Source of the DNA: Callorhinchus milii | Lineage: Eukaryota | Direction of reading: 5' to 3' | NCBI RefSeq assembly: GCF_018977255.1 | Contig: NW_024704742.1 | Location: 52,640,001 to 52,704,000, forward strand | Length of the DNA: 64,000 bases | In this document: positions 1-11,472 of the stretch, piece after piece | Position numbering within the stretch: the stretch's first letter is position 1 | Layout: each line of letters starts with the position of its first letter | Program-made: the position numbers and the translations under genes | Notes under the pieces: model-generated | What the model saw: the letters and a program-made list of their open reading frames with translations, nothing else | Database searches by the model: none | Told to the model about the DNA's origin: nothing

Positions 1-1644
1 CAGCAAAAGCAGAAGTATTTCAATCTTATGGTAGACATTTGGCCGACTAAATCAGGAAAACTGAAAAAGTAATGTGGAAGCATGTTAAACTGGTAAAATG
101 TTTCTGTAAATTAGTAATAAAATTCAATACAGCGAGCATGTGTATTACATTGGAAACTATGTCTTTATATTGCAAATGCATTCGTTATCTATAATTTCTC
201 CCATTATAAAAATAATACCAGCACAATTTCCCATGCAAGCGTCTTATGTTGAGAAATAGTCAGGTGTAAAGCTTTAAATAAAATAGGATTAGTAGGTTAA
301 GTGGCAGTGAAACATTATTCTCCATGATCAAACTACTGTAATATCAATAACTAATAGTGGGATCAAAGATGACATGTGCCAGTGGCTTCAAGAGAAACTC
401 TTTTTTTTAAAAAAACTGATAAATGATTTGAACACTTACTCCTAAATAGAAACCACGTACTGTGTAACTAGCATAGGTAAATTTCTAAATTTTCAGAGCT
501 CCAGTAATCTGTCAGCCAATTACCTTACTTGTTCCACGAGAGATCTACAGTATCATGTGACAGGACTATTCCCATTTTGATCCTGTATTACATAAATGTT
601 CCCAAAAACATAAACTGGTAGAATCAAGTTATGAGATGGAAAATTGGATGAATTCCCAGATTTAAATGTACTCTTGAATATAGATCCTAATTTAAAAAAC
701 ATGCAACATATTTTCATACAACATAGTTACAATTGTGAGAAATTAATGCAGGCTGCAATTTCAGGAAATGCACTGGGCAAGTCTCCAGAAAATGATAGAA
801 AAGTACATTAAAGTCAAGAACAGCCTAGGGCAAACCAAAGATTTTTAATATAATTTTTAGTATTGAAAATTATTAATTTAAGTAATTATTTCTTCCCGCA
901 ATATATGCCCCTTCTTATGGTTCCTTCCCTCCTCATCCTGGAGTATAGTTCCACAGATGCTGGTTGCCCGCCCGAGTGGTCATCTTTTCAAATGCTGTCA
1001 CACACTTGCCAATAGATGGTGTTAATAGAGAAACCATGAGTGCACTGGTTTTCCCTGACTCATTTTCTCTTCCCAACCCTGAGAAGGCTATGGCCAATTT
1101 ACCTATTTAGCACCGGATTGTACAAGCAAACTCCAACTCCCTCTCTCCCCTCGTTCAATACAGGCAGTCCGTCCTATAGAGTAAGAGGACCCAGGTTCAA
1201 TTTCCAGACAGAACAAATCCTTAGGCAAGTTTCCTTACTCCACACACCTCTCCATAATGTTTACCTAGCAGTAAGTAGGAACCCGGGTGCTAATGATGTA
1301 CATAAAACTCTGCTGCAATTTAACCATAACTTGCATTTGTTATTTAACTCAATTTTAAGTACTGTTGACGAAAAATAATTCTAAAGATTGAATAAAACTG
1401 CACTTTCAAACTGAAAATATCTCCACAAATGATTTACAAATACTCTGGACATGTTGTCACTCTTTATTAGAACCTCATAATATTTACTATGTGAAACAAT
1501 GTACCATGACTGATAACATTTCTCAATAGAGCAACGCTGTAGCATGTGGTTAGCAAAAAGTAGGTCAAGAAGCCTTAGAAAAATTGTCAAATTAGTAAAA
1601 TTTTGGACAACATGATCAGGAAATCATAGGAATGAAAATACAAT

Positions 1645-2430
1645 ATTCAGCCCTTTTCATATCGCGAGGACGACTCAAAGCACTTCAGTGTGCTGGATGT
1701 GCTGGATGTGCAGGCAAGCTGGGCTAAGCCAAGGAGGATGGAGAATAAAGATGGCCAAAAGCAGGGTCGAAGAGGCATGTTTTGAGATGTGCCTCGATGG
1801 AGGGAGCAAATCAGAAGGACTCTGAGATGGAGTTCCATATAGCAGCGGCAACATGGCTGAAAGCTCGTCTCCTGATGATAGTGTGGCTAGGGCAGGGAAT
1901 ATGAAACAGTAATCGTTGAGCAAAGGGAGCAGCAGGGACAGTGTGGTTGGAGGAGGTCACAACGTTAGAGTAGGCCGAGACCGTGGAGGGATTTGAATGG
2001 GAGAACAAAGATCCTGAACTCAATTTGGTGGGGAAAATCGGGAACCAGTGAAGCTGAGCAAGAATAGGGGTGATAGGTGAGGGAACCTGGTGAGGGAGAG
2101 GACACAGGCTGCAGAGTTCTGGATAGTTTGCAACCTTTCTCGCCGAGAGCAGAACATCAGTGTGGACAAGCCTGGACGTGATAAGAGTATGGATGAGAGT
2201 CTCAGGGGCCTGAGGAGAGATGCAATGCTTGAGATAAGCAATGCATCAGAGGTGAGGGAAAGCAGAGCAGGTAATAACATGACCTGGGGTTTGAAAGACA
2301 ATTGGGAGTTGAACAAGACACCAACGTTTCACAATGGCTACGCGAGGTTGGAGCGCGCAACCATTCAGGTTGATGCTATCAACACCAGAGGTGAGAAGGT
2401 GCTAATGTAAGCAAAGCAGGGGAGCTTCCG
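1645..2430 (-). mobile_element. Old L2 3' fragment
   Basis: FNSQLSFK and LQTIQNSAA motifs, L2 tail. Confidence 0.75.
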
Positions 2431-4394
2431 TCTAAAGATCTTTAGCAATATTTGTTCATATTTATAAGTTTTGGAGAAGCAATTTTATTTGGAAAACATC
2501 TCCTTTTGCTTCAGGATTCAGAAGCCAGAGCAGACACAATGTCTACCTAAATTTGAATTCCAACTGATAGTTTAAACCTGCCACACTTGAATTACAAATA
2601 TCAAGTTCAACAACAAAAAAATACCCATCTCTGAAAATGGGTTTCATGTCAGGACCTATTTTTAGACATTATAGTGTAAAACAATCATTTGGATCAGTTA
2701 CAGTATTTTAAATCGCACTGCATTTCTTATATATGGAAGTAGGTTAAAATAGTATAGAAAAGAGTTTCTCTTAGTGTCCTGGCCAAAAATCCCCCCCCCC
2801 CAGCCCGCCACCTCGCCATCTACGACATGATAAAGTGCCATATCATATGTATGGAGTATTACCTCCACAAATTCTCCTCACAGCTTGGTTCTGGACCTCA
2901 CAAATATTCCAAAGCAAACTTCCATTGCACTTCCAGCAGTTCTGGAACTTTTTCATGCACAATATTGTAAGCCACAAACTTAACTTATAGTGGGTCTTTG
3001 CTAATAATAATCTTTTTGTAGTTGATGCACCTCGAAGCACTTCACAGGATTTATTGTAAAGTGATGTAACTGTGTGTATTTTGTGGGCAACAGCAGCAGC
3101 GAATTTGCGCACAGCAATAATGCCCATGCAAAAATTTGTAAACAAGCCCAGAAACTGATCCAAATCAATAATTAACCCTTGTATCTTCCAATCGATACTC
3201 TCAAGTCATCCAGAGCCATTATACCACTATCATATCCCACTAAATAGATAGAATCAAGGGGAGAAATAGAAAACTAGATTTGGATGTCATCTACATACAT
3301 GTGGAATTTAACCCCATTTTTGCAGATGATGTCACCATGTAGATAAGGAAAAGGAGGGGCTCAAGATAGAACCCCAAATTACTCTATAGGTTATTGTGTG
3401 AGGATGGAGCAAAGCCAAAATGATAAAAGTGGGGCAAATGAGACAATTAGGATTTGAACTAGGAGAATGTGGTTCAATTACAAAAATAAAAATAGATGGT
3501 GCAGTATGACTATTATTCACAGCATTTCTTTCTGAAATACAAAATGCAAAACAAATCTGGTAAAATGCCAACAACTATTTAGACCAAGTAGGTCACTGTT
3601 GCTCTTAACAGAGCAGTCAGAAGCATTTGATCAAATCATTAAAAAGATTAAAAGTACATCACTCAAACCTATTCCTATCCCGCAATTCCAAGAGCCACAT
3701 GTAAACGACGCATGGGAAAACAGACCAAATGTATATATTCACTAGCCTTTTCCATGATCTGCAAACATATAATTTTAAAAATGTTGTATTTTAGTTTTTT
3801 TTGCAGGACGCCGTTATTAACAAAATAATCATTTGCATTTTATTACATATAAATACATAAATAAATGTGACCAGGATACTGACAGCATGATGACGTAAGT
3901 GGCAGTGTTAAATTAAGTCAGGGTCGAGTTATGCATTTACTGTATTTTTAGTTTTGTTCATCAGTTAGCATTAACTCTCAGCTTGGTTAGACATCGACCC
4001 CAAAGTGCTACTATATAAAATTGAGGACAGAATTAACACTCAGTCATTTTAGCAGTTACTTCAAATGAAAATAGGCCCACACAAACAGTTAATTAAATAT
4101 GGTTAATTAACCAGGTTATTAATTCCAGTGATATAGGCCGCAGCTTTATAAAGGACATGAAATGCTCTCAGTCTAGAAGCAATGATTCCACAAACTATTA
4201 TTCAGAGAGAGAAGTTTAGTTCTATCCAATGACCTATCCTTTAAAATACAGTATATAACTATTTCTAACTACCATTTTTTGAGATCTAGTTATGTAGCTT
4301 AGTGCTGAATGCTCAATTTGCATTCTGCATTAAGAAGAGTAGGAAGAAATTTCAAGTGTAATTTTTATTTAATCTGGAGAGCAATACTGTAACA

Positions 4395-5200
4395 TCAACA
4401 AAATTACATTTCTATAGCGTCTTTCACATCGGGAGGACGTCCCAAGGCACTGGACAATCAGTGTTTCGGACCCGAGCTGGGGATAGGGTTCAGGGCGGGT
4501 GGAGGGCAGGGGCGGGAAACAAGGTGATCGAATGCACAATCGAAGAGGGTCTTGAAACGGGTCTCGAAGGAGGCAAGGGAGGGGGCGAGGTGGAGGGACT
4601 GTGGGATGGGCAGGGTGGCAGAAGATCCGCCTGCCAAAGGAGGGGCGGGCGAGGTGGGGGACGTGAAACAGGCCAGAGCCTGCTGAGCAGAGGGAGCGCC
4701 AGAATGGTAGGGGGTTAGAAGGTTGCAGAGGTAGTGGGGAGCAAGGTCATGGAGGGCTTTGAAGGTGAGGACCAGGATCTTGACTGTATCTTCAGTGTGA
4801 TGGGAAGCCAGTGGAGTCGGGTGAGAATGCGGATGACAGGGTCGCGGAGCCTGATGCAAGAGAGGCCATGGGCTGCAGAGTTCTGGATGATCTGCAGCCT
4901 ATGAAGGGATAAAATGGGAATTTACTGTACATGCACTAATGCAACTCTAACAAGAACCTTGCATTTATTTAGTGCCCTTCACACAGGGTAGTGTCCCAGA
5001 GTGCTTGACAGTAGCGGAGCACGACGCCATCAGGGGGAAACGGGAGGTGACTGTAGGCACAGTCGAATAGGAAGGTCTTCAGGCAAAACCTGAAGATAGT
5101 GAAGAAAGGGACAAGCGGCAGAATAGACGAAGAGTGTTCCAATGTTTCAGGGCATAGTGGCTGAAAGCGCGGCCACCAATGGTAGAATGGGAAGGACGAA
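4395..5200 (-). mobile_element. Two old L2 3' fragments
   Basis: KILVLTFKALHDLAPHYL; tails at ~4395-4450 and ~4955-5010. Confidence 0.75.
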
Positions 5201-6299
5201 GGACATGCAGAAGAGAAAATTGGTCCGAATTTATGCATATTCCAAAGTAAACTTAGAGCCATTTATGAGAGGTATTAAAACTCAGAAGAGTCACCGTAAA
5301 ATCATGACGACCAAAGGGATCCAAATACATTTTCTGATAAGATGTTTGCACTGCTTCCGTCAACAAAAAAAAAAGCCACCTTTCCAGGAAGTTTGTAAAG
5401 CATGACCGTCCATAGAAAAAAAAAACACTGATTAGATTTTCTAAAAAAAATGTCAACGGCAAACAATAATCGGTCGTACTTACATTTGATAAGCTTGTCA
5501 AACCATTTAAAAGCTGGTTGAATCTTCATCGCATTTGTTGTGCAATGACCAACGGGCGGTGGCGGCGGCGATGGTGGCGGCGGTGGCGGTGGCGGTGGGG
5601 GGGAAACGAGGACGGTATCGATCAAATCATTAAAAAAGATTCAAACTAAATGGCTAAAATCTGCTGCTCCCCGAACGCTCCCAGCGCTCCAGGACGCCAT
5701 CCGTCCCACGTGAAGTGTGCTACACAAACGCAAGTTGATATAACTCTCAGACGTCTCGGAGACGTGATAAGACGCTATATCAAATGCAAGAATTATTATT
5801 ATTATTATTATTACTACTACAAGTTGTTGTTGTTACCCTCGCCCTTTCAGGTCGGGAGGACGTGCCAAGGCGCTGCGCGGGTGGTAAAAGTGGGGGGGTG
5901 GGGGGATGGGTGTGGGAGAGAGGGCAACAGTCACTTATCTGGCAAGAAGTAAACAAAATTGAGGAAAGAAAAAAAAATCCCTGGGCTTCTTCCTGGGATC
6001 TCCTCGAGGAGCTCAGCATCCGACAGAGAAAACAGCTTCGGCCCAAACAATCCTCTCACACACCACACACACCACACACACCGCCACCACCAACTAACCA
6101 ACTGTCAGCAGCCATCGACCGACACACACACACACACACACACACACCGCCCGCGCCCTTCACAATCCCTACCTTCATTTCATCCTTCACGCCGATGACT
6201 CGGGCTTTTTATTTTTTTTTCCAACAAAAAAAATCCCTTTTCTCTATCCCCTTCCCCTTCCCGATGTTTTCCCTCGATGTTGTTGTTGTTGTTGCTGAC

Positions 6300-6560
6300 C
6301 GAGCCGGACCACACAGACACCCGAGGCGGGGGGTGAGGGTGAGGGGGGGGGGGGGGCGGTGGCGGTTGGGAGCTGACGGTTGACCAGTGGAATGTGAGCG
6401 CTCAGGGGGTTCTCGGCGCCGCTCGAGCCGCCGCCGCCGCCGCTCGTCTCATTCCGCCATCCACGATTTGGACAACATAATCATTCGCATTTGTACTGTA
6501 AATAAGACAACGTGCAGCTGCCGTCCCCCCGCACTCACTCACTCACTCACTGACTGACTG
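6300..6560 (-). other. CLOCK: Probable non-coding first exon (5'UTR) of CLOCK; the gene would continue leftwards out of the window
   Basis: CpG/GC-rich segment just downstream (minus sense) of a GC-box cluster; candidate donor TCG|GTCAGC at 6300/6299. Identity rests only on the conserved vertebrate order CLOCK-PDCL2-NMU on one strand. Boundaries approximate. Confidence 0.55.
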
Positions 6561-6800
6561 ACCAGCTGCTGTGTGTGTGTGTGTGTGTGTGGACACTGAG
6601 GAGGGGCCCCCGACCCGCCCTGCCCGCCCCGCCCCGCCCCGCCGCTGCTCGCAATCCGGCACCGGATTGTTTGGGCACGAACCCGCCCAATTGGGCGTGA
6701 TTTTGTGTCTCCCCCCCACCTCCCCCCCCCACCTCCTCCTCCTCCCTGTCGTGATGCACGTGAAAAAAACACAGGTGTTTTAATCCCCTTTGACGTTTTT
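6560..6800 (-). promoter_or_regulatory. CpG-island promoter with GC boxes, CCAAT and an E-box
   Basis: Repeated CCCGCCC at ~6613-6642, palindromic CCCAATTGGG near 6686-6695, CACGTG at 6757-6762, high CpG density over ~5400-7700. Confidence 0.7.
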
Positions 6801-7699
6801 AATTTTATTTAAACCTGCAAAACGTGTCCCCTCCCCCCACTCTTTTTTGAAAACCTTTCAGAAGCACTGACCGACATTGGCCACTCTGTTACCCACAGGA
6901 GGCAACGCATCATAATAATAATAATAATAATAATAATAATGGGCTACTTTTGGGCTCGTGTTTGGGTTGGCTTTGGGCTACACAGGGCAAAGTCTCTGTG
7001 TCTGCACACTGAAGGGCTCCCTCCTCTTCCCTCCCTCCTCCCCACATTGAGTGCAATCCTCTCCTCAGTCCATGATTCGCACTTGATGCAACTTGTCACA
7101 AGCAGTGCCTCCCCACCCACACACTAGATCTGGCTCTTCGCTGCGAATTTTCAATCGCTGACTAAATATATATACATATTCAAAAAATACTAAATCTAAG
7201 CAAATAACGCAACAGCGCAACTCGTTTCCCATTCGGCGCTTACATAATAACAACGCTGCTCTGTAAAGCGCTCTCGGCTGGAGTTCCCCCAGCGAGGGAG
7301 GCATTGGGTGGGCACCGCCTATTATTTTTTTTCCCCCCCTCGTCACTGAGAAGCCGACCGACGCTTTCGTTGGTGGAGGTGCTGTGCTGCCTCCCTCACT
7401 GCTCTACACTTTATCGAGAGAGGGAGAGGCCGGAGAATTTCCCACATTGTGTTGCGTGTGTGTTGTACAGCTCGGAGCATGGCTTTGGTTGGTTTCTGGG
7501 GGCTCTCTTGTGTGTCTGCTCCAGGGCTGGCCCTGGGCTGCTCCTCACTCGCTGGCACTGGGCAGACTCCCCGAGTTAGTCCCACTGACCTAGTTTCACT
7601 GCTGTTACTCTCGATTCCCAAAAGGGAGGCAGGCGGCAGTCACCAAAGCCTAAACGCTTATTTACCGTACAAGGCGAAACTTTAGGTAGCTTTCCTTCC

Positions 7700-7960
7700 T
7701 CCACACATCCTCTGTTTGCCTAGCAGTTAGCAGGAACCCGACCGCTTTTCCCAGGAAATAATCCCTCCAAAAAATAATAATAATTTGGCCACTCAATCCA
7801 CGACTGTTTGTGGGGGCACTGCTGTGCGCAATTGGCTCGCGTGTTTTGTCCACAAAATATACAATCAATTCATTTCACAGTATATGATGTGAAGCACTTT
7901 GAGGTATCTCAATAAGTTGATAAGGCATTATATCAAATACAAGGATTATTATTATTATTT
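7700..7960 (+). mobile_element. 5'-truncated tRNA SINE
   Basis: Body and (TTA)n tail. Confidence 0.8.
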
Positions 7961-8817
7961 CCCCGAGAGGAAAGAGTTGGGAATTTGGGGGTGAGGATGG
8001 AAGGAGAGATTAAAATAAGAACAAATGCAAAAAGCAGATGTGTGTGTGGGAGAGAGAGAGGCAGGATTTCCTTGCAGTACAGGATTTGATTCAAATGCAT
8101 ATCCATACATTATGTTTAAAACAATGTGTATACTCTTAGCTTCTGGGCCCCAAATCTATTTGGGAAGTTTTAACAGTGCTGTTGTTATAGTTATTTGGCT
8201 GTTGCATTGGCTGGCAAATACAACAACAACAACAAGATTACATTTGTATAGAGCCTTTCACGTCGGGAGGACGTCCCAAGGCGCTGGACAGAGTACAGCA
8301 TTTCAGACCCGAGCAACTTGCTCTAAAAGCTGGTACAGGCTTAAGAGTGCAAATAGCTTCCTCTGCACTGTAAATTTCAATGTTACTGTGTCATTCCGAT
8401 GAGCTGTTGGAACAGGACATACCCGTACAATGTTCCAAAGAACTGTGTGTATATCATATATTATGTGGGAATGAGGATTTTTTTTAATGCAACCCTACGC
8501 AGGCGAAATATGAGTGGCCCATTTGTATTTCTTTTCGTTAATCAACTCTCAAGTGTAACCGGGTGGGCAATTGCAAAGCAATGTTATTCTCTTTACTTTC
8601 CTCTCTACAAAATAGGTCATTTCCAATCTGAAAGATAGGCAATGTCATTTATGTACTAATATGATTGATTTGGACAGTAGATAAATAAATCCAAAGTTAC
8701 CTTCAATGCTGAGAAGACCAAGACAATGACTGATAAGAAACATTAAGTATGTGCATAGGTTAAGTCCACCCTTGATCCACCTCAAACTATTAACTTATCT
8801 CTAACTTGTCCTTTAGG

Positions 8818-9185
8818 AATCCTGTAGCGTATTGTTTAGAGCGCTCGCCTCGCAACCGAGAGGGCCTGGGTTTGACTCTCGGGTGCAATATTAGGCACGT
8901 TTCCTTATTCCATACGTCTCTGTTTACCTAACAGTAAGTAGGAACCCGGTTCTTAGTCGATTGGTGGTTCACATTTCTGGGGATAATTAATCACTTAAAA
9001 AAAAGTAATAATAATAATTTGGTCACTGAATCCATGACTGTTTGTGGGACACTGCTGTGCACAATAAGCTGGCGTGTTTTCCCCACAAAATATACAGTCA
9101 ATTCACTTTACAGTATATTCTGTGGAGCGCTTTGAAACAACTCAAAAACGTGATAAGGCGGTATATCAAATGCAAGGATTATTTT
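8818..9185 (+). mobile_element. tRNA SINE, long subtype (diverged)
   Basis: Shared head, body and tail. Confidence 0.85.
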
Positions 9186-9664
9186 TTTTTAATACAGTAT
9201 AGTGAAATGTGCCTATACCACTTCTCTCACAATTTCATGTTTGAGACTCTCCAGTTAGGTTTTTGACCTGTCCCATCCCGTGTCCCCAATGACACTACTT
9301 TACTTTGATCAAAGCTCAATGTCCCTCTCGCTCTCCTTGACTTCTCTACTGCTTTGACACAGCTGACCACTCCATTGTCTGTCCATCATGGTCCACTTTA
9401 TATTCCTTTAATTATTACATTTGGCATAGCCGCTTTCATATTGGGAGGATGTAGTGTAAAGTGTAATGACACTGTATTTTTTAGGCGAATGCAGCAGCTG
9501 ATTTGTGCACAATACATTAGAATATACAGCACAGAAACAGGCCATTCGGCCCAACTGGTCTATGCCGGTGTTTATGCTCCACATGAGCCTCCTCCTGCCC
9601 TTCCTCAACTAAGCCTTCAAGCATAACCTTCTGATAAAGTCCCACAATAAAGTCCCACAAACAG

Positions 9665-9936
9665 CCATTTAAGTGAATGACCAATTTTATCCCAGGGATT
9701 GCTGCGCAGGACATCAGGAGACTCTTCCTTCTCATTTCAAATAGTACCATGTGATCTTTAACATCTACCTGCACAGGCAGATGGGTCTTAATGTCTTATC
9801 CAAAGGCGGCATCTTGAAGCACATCTCCATTACTGCATTGGTGAGTCATCCCAGAATATGTGAATTCACAGTCCTAAAGTGGGATTTGAATCCATAACTT
9901 TCTGACTCAGAGGCAAGAATGGTACAGTCTGAGCCA
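9665..9936 (-). mobile_element. Old Deu-domain SINE (AmnSINE1/SacSINE1-like)
   Basis: tRNA-like head (reverse complement of TGACTCAGAGGCAAG...CTGAGCCA) and a central block shared with 10585-10977 and 28000-28290; family name from recall. Confidence 0.65.
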
Positions 9937-10277
9937 GGATTACACAATACACTGCATCTTTCATGATTTGATTTCTACCTGTCCTGATGCCTTCATTAAT
10001 CTCTTCCTGCAGCTTTCCATACTCAGTAATCTCCAGTGTACCTCAGGGCTCTATCCGTTGGTCATCTCCTATTCATTTTATATATATATATGTTACTTTT
10101 GGCGGCAGTATCCATAAATGTAGTTTGCTTCTATATTCCAAATAAATGCCAACATTTAGGAAAATTTGTGTAAATATTCTATCAGTTTGGAATAATAACT
10201 TGGGTTAAGACACTGTATTTTTAGATGAATTCATATTTAATAAATGCTAATCAATTAGCAACATTTACAATGTAATT

Positions 10278-10422
10278 TCAGCCTTCAGTTTGGTCACTTT
10301 CATGAAAATATTGAAGCGAACAGTCTCGTATAGAAGATGTCATCAGATTCACAACTGATTTTTGGGATTCTCTTCATAATCTGATTTTACTGCACCTGTA
10401 TTTGCCACCTTCCACTCCAACT
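10278..10422 (-). CDS. PDCL2: PDCL2 exon 6 (ELEWKVANTGAVKSDYEENPK...); as given it stops at 10349-10351, while the homologous frame ends at 10278-10280 after a 1-nt frameshift
   Basis: Acceptor TTTTCAG; ELEWK and EENP motifs; the shifted frame reads KSVVNLMTSSIRDCSLQYFHESDQTEG*; ATTAAA (minus) at 10236-10241. Confidence 0.9.
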
Positions 10423-10584
10423 CTGAAAATACAAGGACATATGTGAGGAGCATTTAACATCTTCAACTTGACACTTATCTTTTCTTGAGGTATTTGTTTG
10501 TGGATGAGAAGGTTAACCATGCTTTTAAAATACCGAATAAATATTTTGTTTTATTGTAAGCGTAATTATACATATTATTCTAAG

Positions 10585-10977
10585 GTGTCAGCCTGGCTGA
10601 GTTAGTAGCTTTCTCACCTCTGAATCAGAAGGTTTGAGACCTTGATCTCATAGGCTAGTGGCACAGATGCAGTGCTGGGATGTACTGTATCATCAGATGT
10701 GCCACCCTTCGGATAAGATATTAAACTGCCTGTTCAAGTGGATGGTAAAGATTCCATGACACTATTCGAAAAGAGAGGGGAGTTTCTCCTGATGTCCTGG
10801 CCAACAGTGCCCCAGATGAAATTGGTCATTCACTTCATGGTTGTTTGTAGGACATTGCTGTATGCAGATTGACTGCCACATTCGCCTACACGTACACAGT
10901 AAAATTTTGTAAAGCCCTTTAAGACTTCTCGATGAAACAATAAGGCTTTACATTAAATGCAAATATGATTATTATTA
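10585..10977 (+). mobile_element. Old Deu-domain SINE in PDCL2 intron 5
   Basis: CCTCTGAATCAGAAGG head, GATGGTAAAGATTCCATGACACTATT core, L2-type tail. Confidence 0.65.
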
Positions 10978-11266
10978 GATAATATTCTAGGATAATCACA
11001 ACAAAAACTCCCCCTTGATTTATTCTGTAATATTTTGAAACTTGCAGTTCCTCATTTCCTTTTTTTGAATTTAACTCTTGCCTCATATATACATTTTTTT
11101 CAAAAAACTTCAGAACATTTCAGAGCAGAAAGGGTCTATTCAGCCCATTGCGTCTGTGCCAGCTCTCCAAAAGAGCTAATCACTTAGTTCCACTCACCTG
11201 CACTTTCCCTTTAACAATACTGACCACAAAATGTTGTAGATATATCTGATACTTTAAACATTTTAC

Positions 11267-11472
11267 CTTTCATCTTCAGATCTGGCCCTCCACACTCCAA
11301 TCCAATGAACCTTGCCTTCAATTGACCCTCAAAATATATAAAAATAGTTGGCAAGTATTTGTCTGGGTAGTTAGGAATACAAATATTTGCAATAGCCTTC
11401 ATGAATTTAGTTTCTGGGAATTTTTTGGCAAGCTCAGTCAAATGATGATTGACCAAAGTGCACATTGGTATT
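11267..11472 (-). CDS. PDCL2: PDCL2 exon 5, thioredoxin-like domain (IPMCTLVNHHLTELAKKFPETKFMKAIAN...LPTIFIY...GLECGGPDLKMK)
   Basis: 206 nt, AG/GT flanked; LAKKFPETKF and LPTIF motifs. Confidence 0.95.

Noticed and set aside
1..5300. Search for CLOCK coding exons (e.g. DDSSIFDGL, bHLH)
   Set aside because: None recognised; the region looks intronic, so CLOCK remains a synteny-based call
5784..6383. 199-aa ORF with a signal-peptide-like poly-Leu start
   Set aside because: Poly-Leu/Val comes from the (TTA)n SINE tail and a (TTG)n L2 tail; the rest is microsatellite and CpG island
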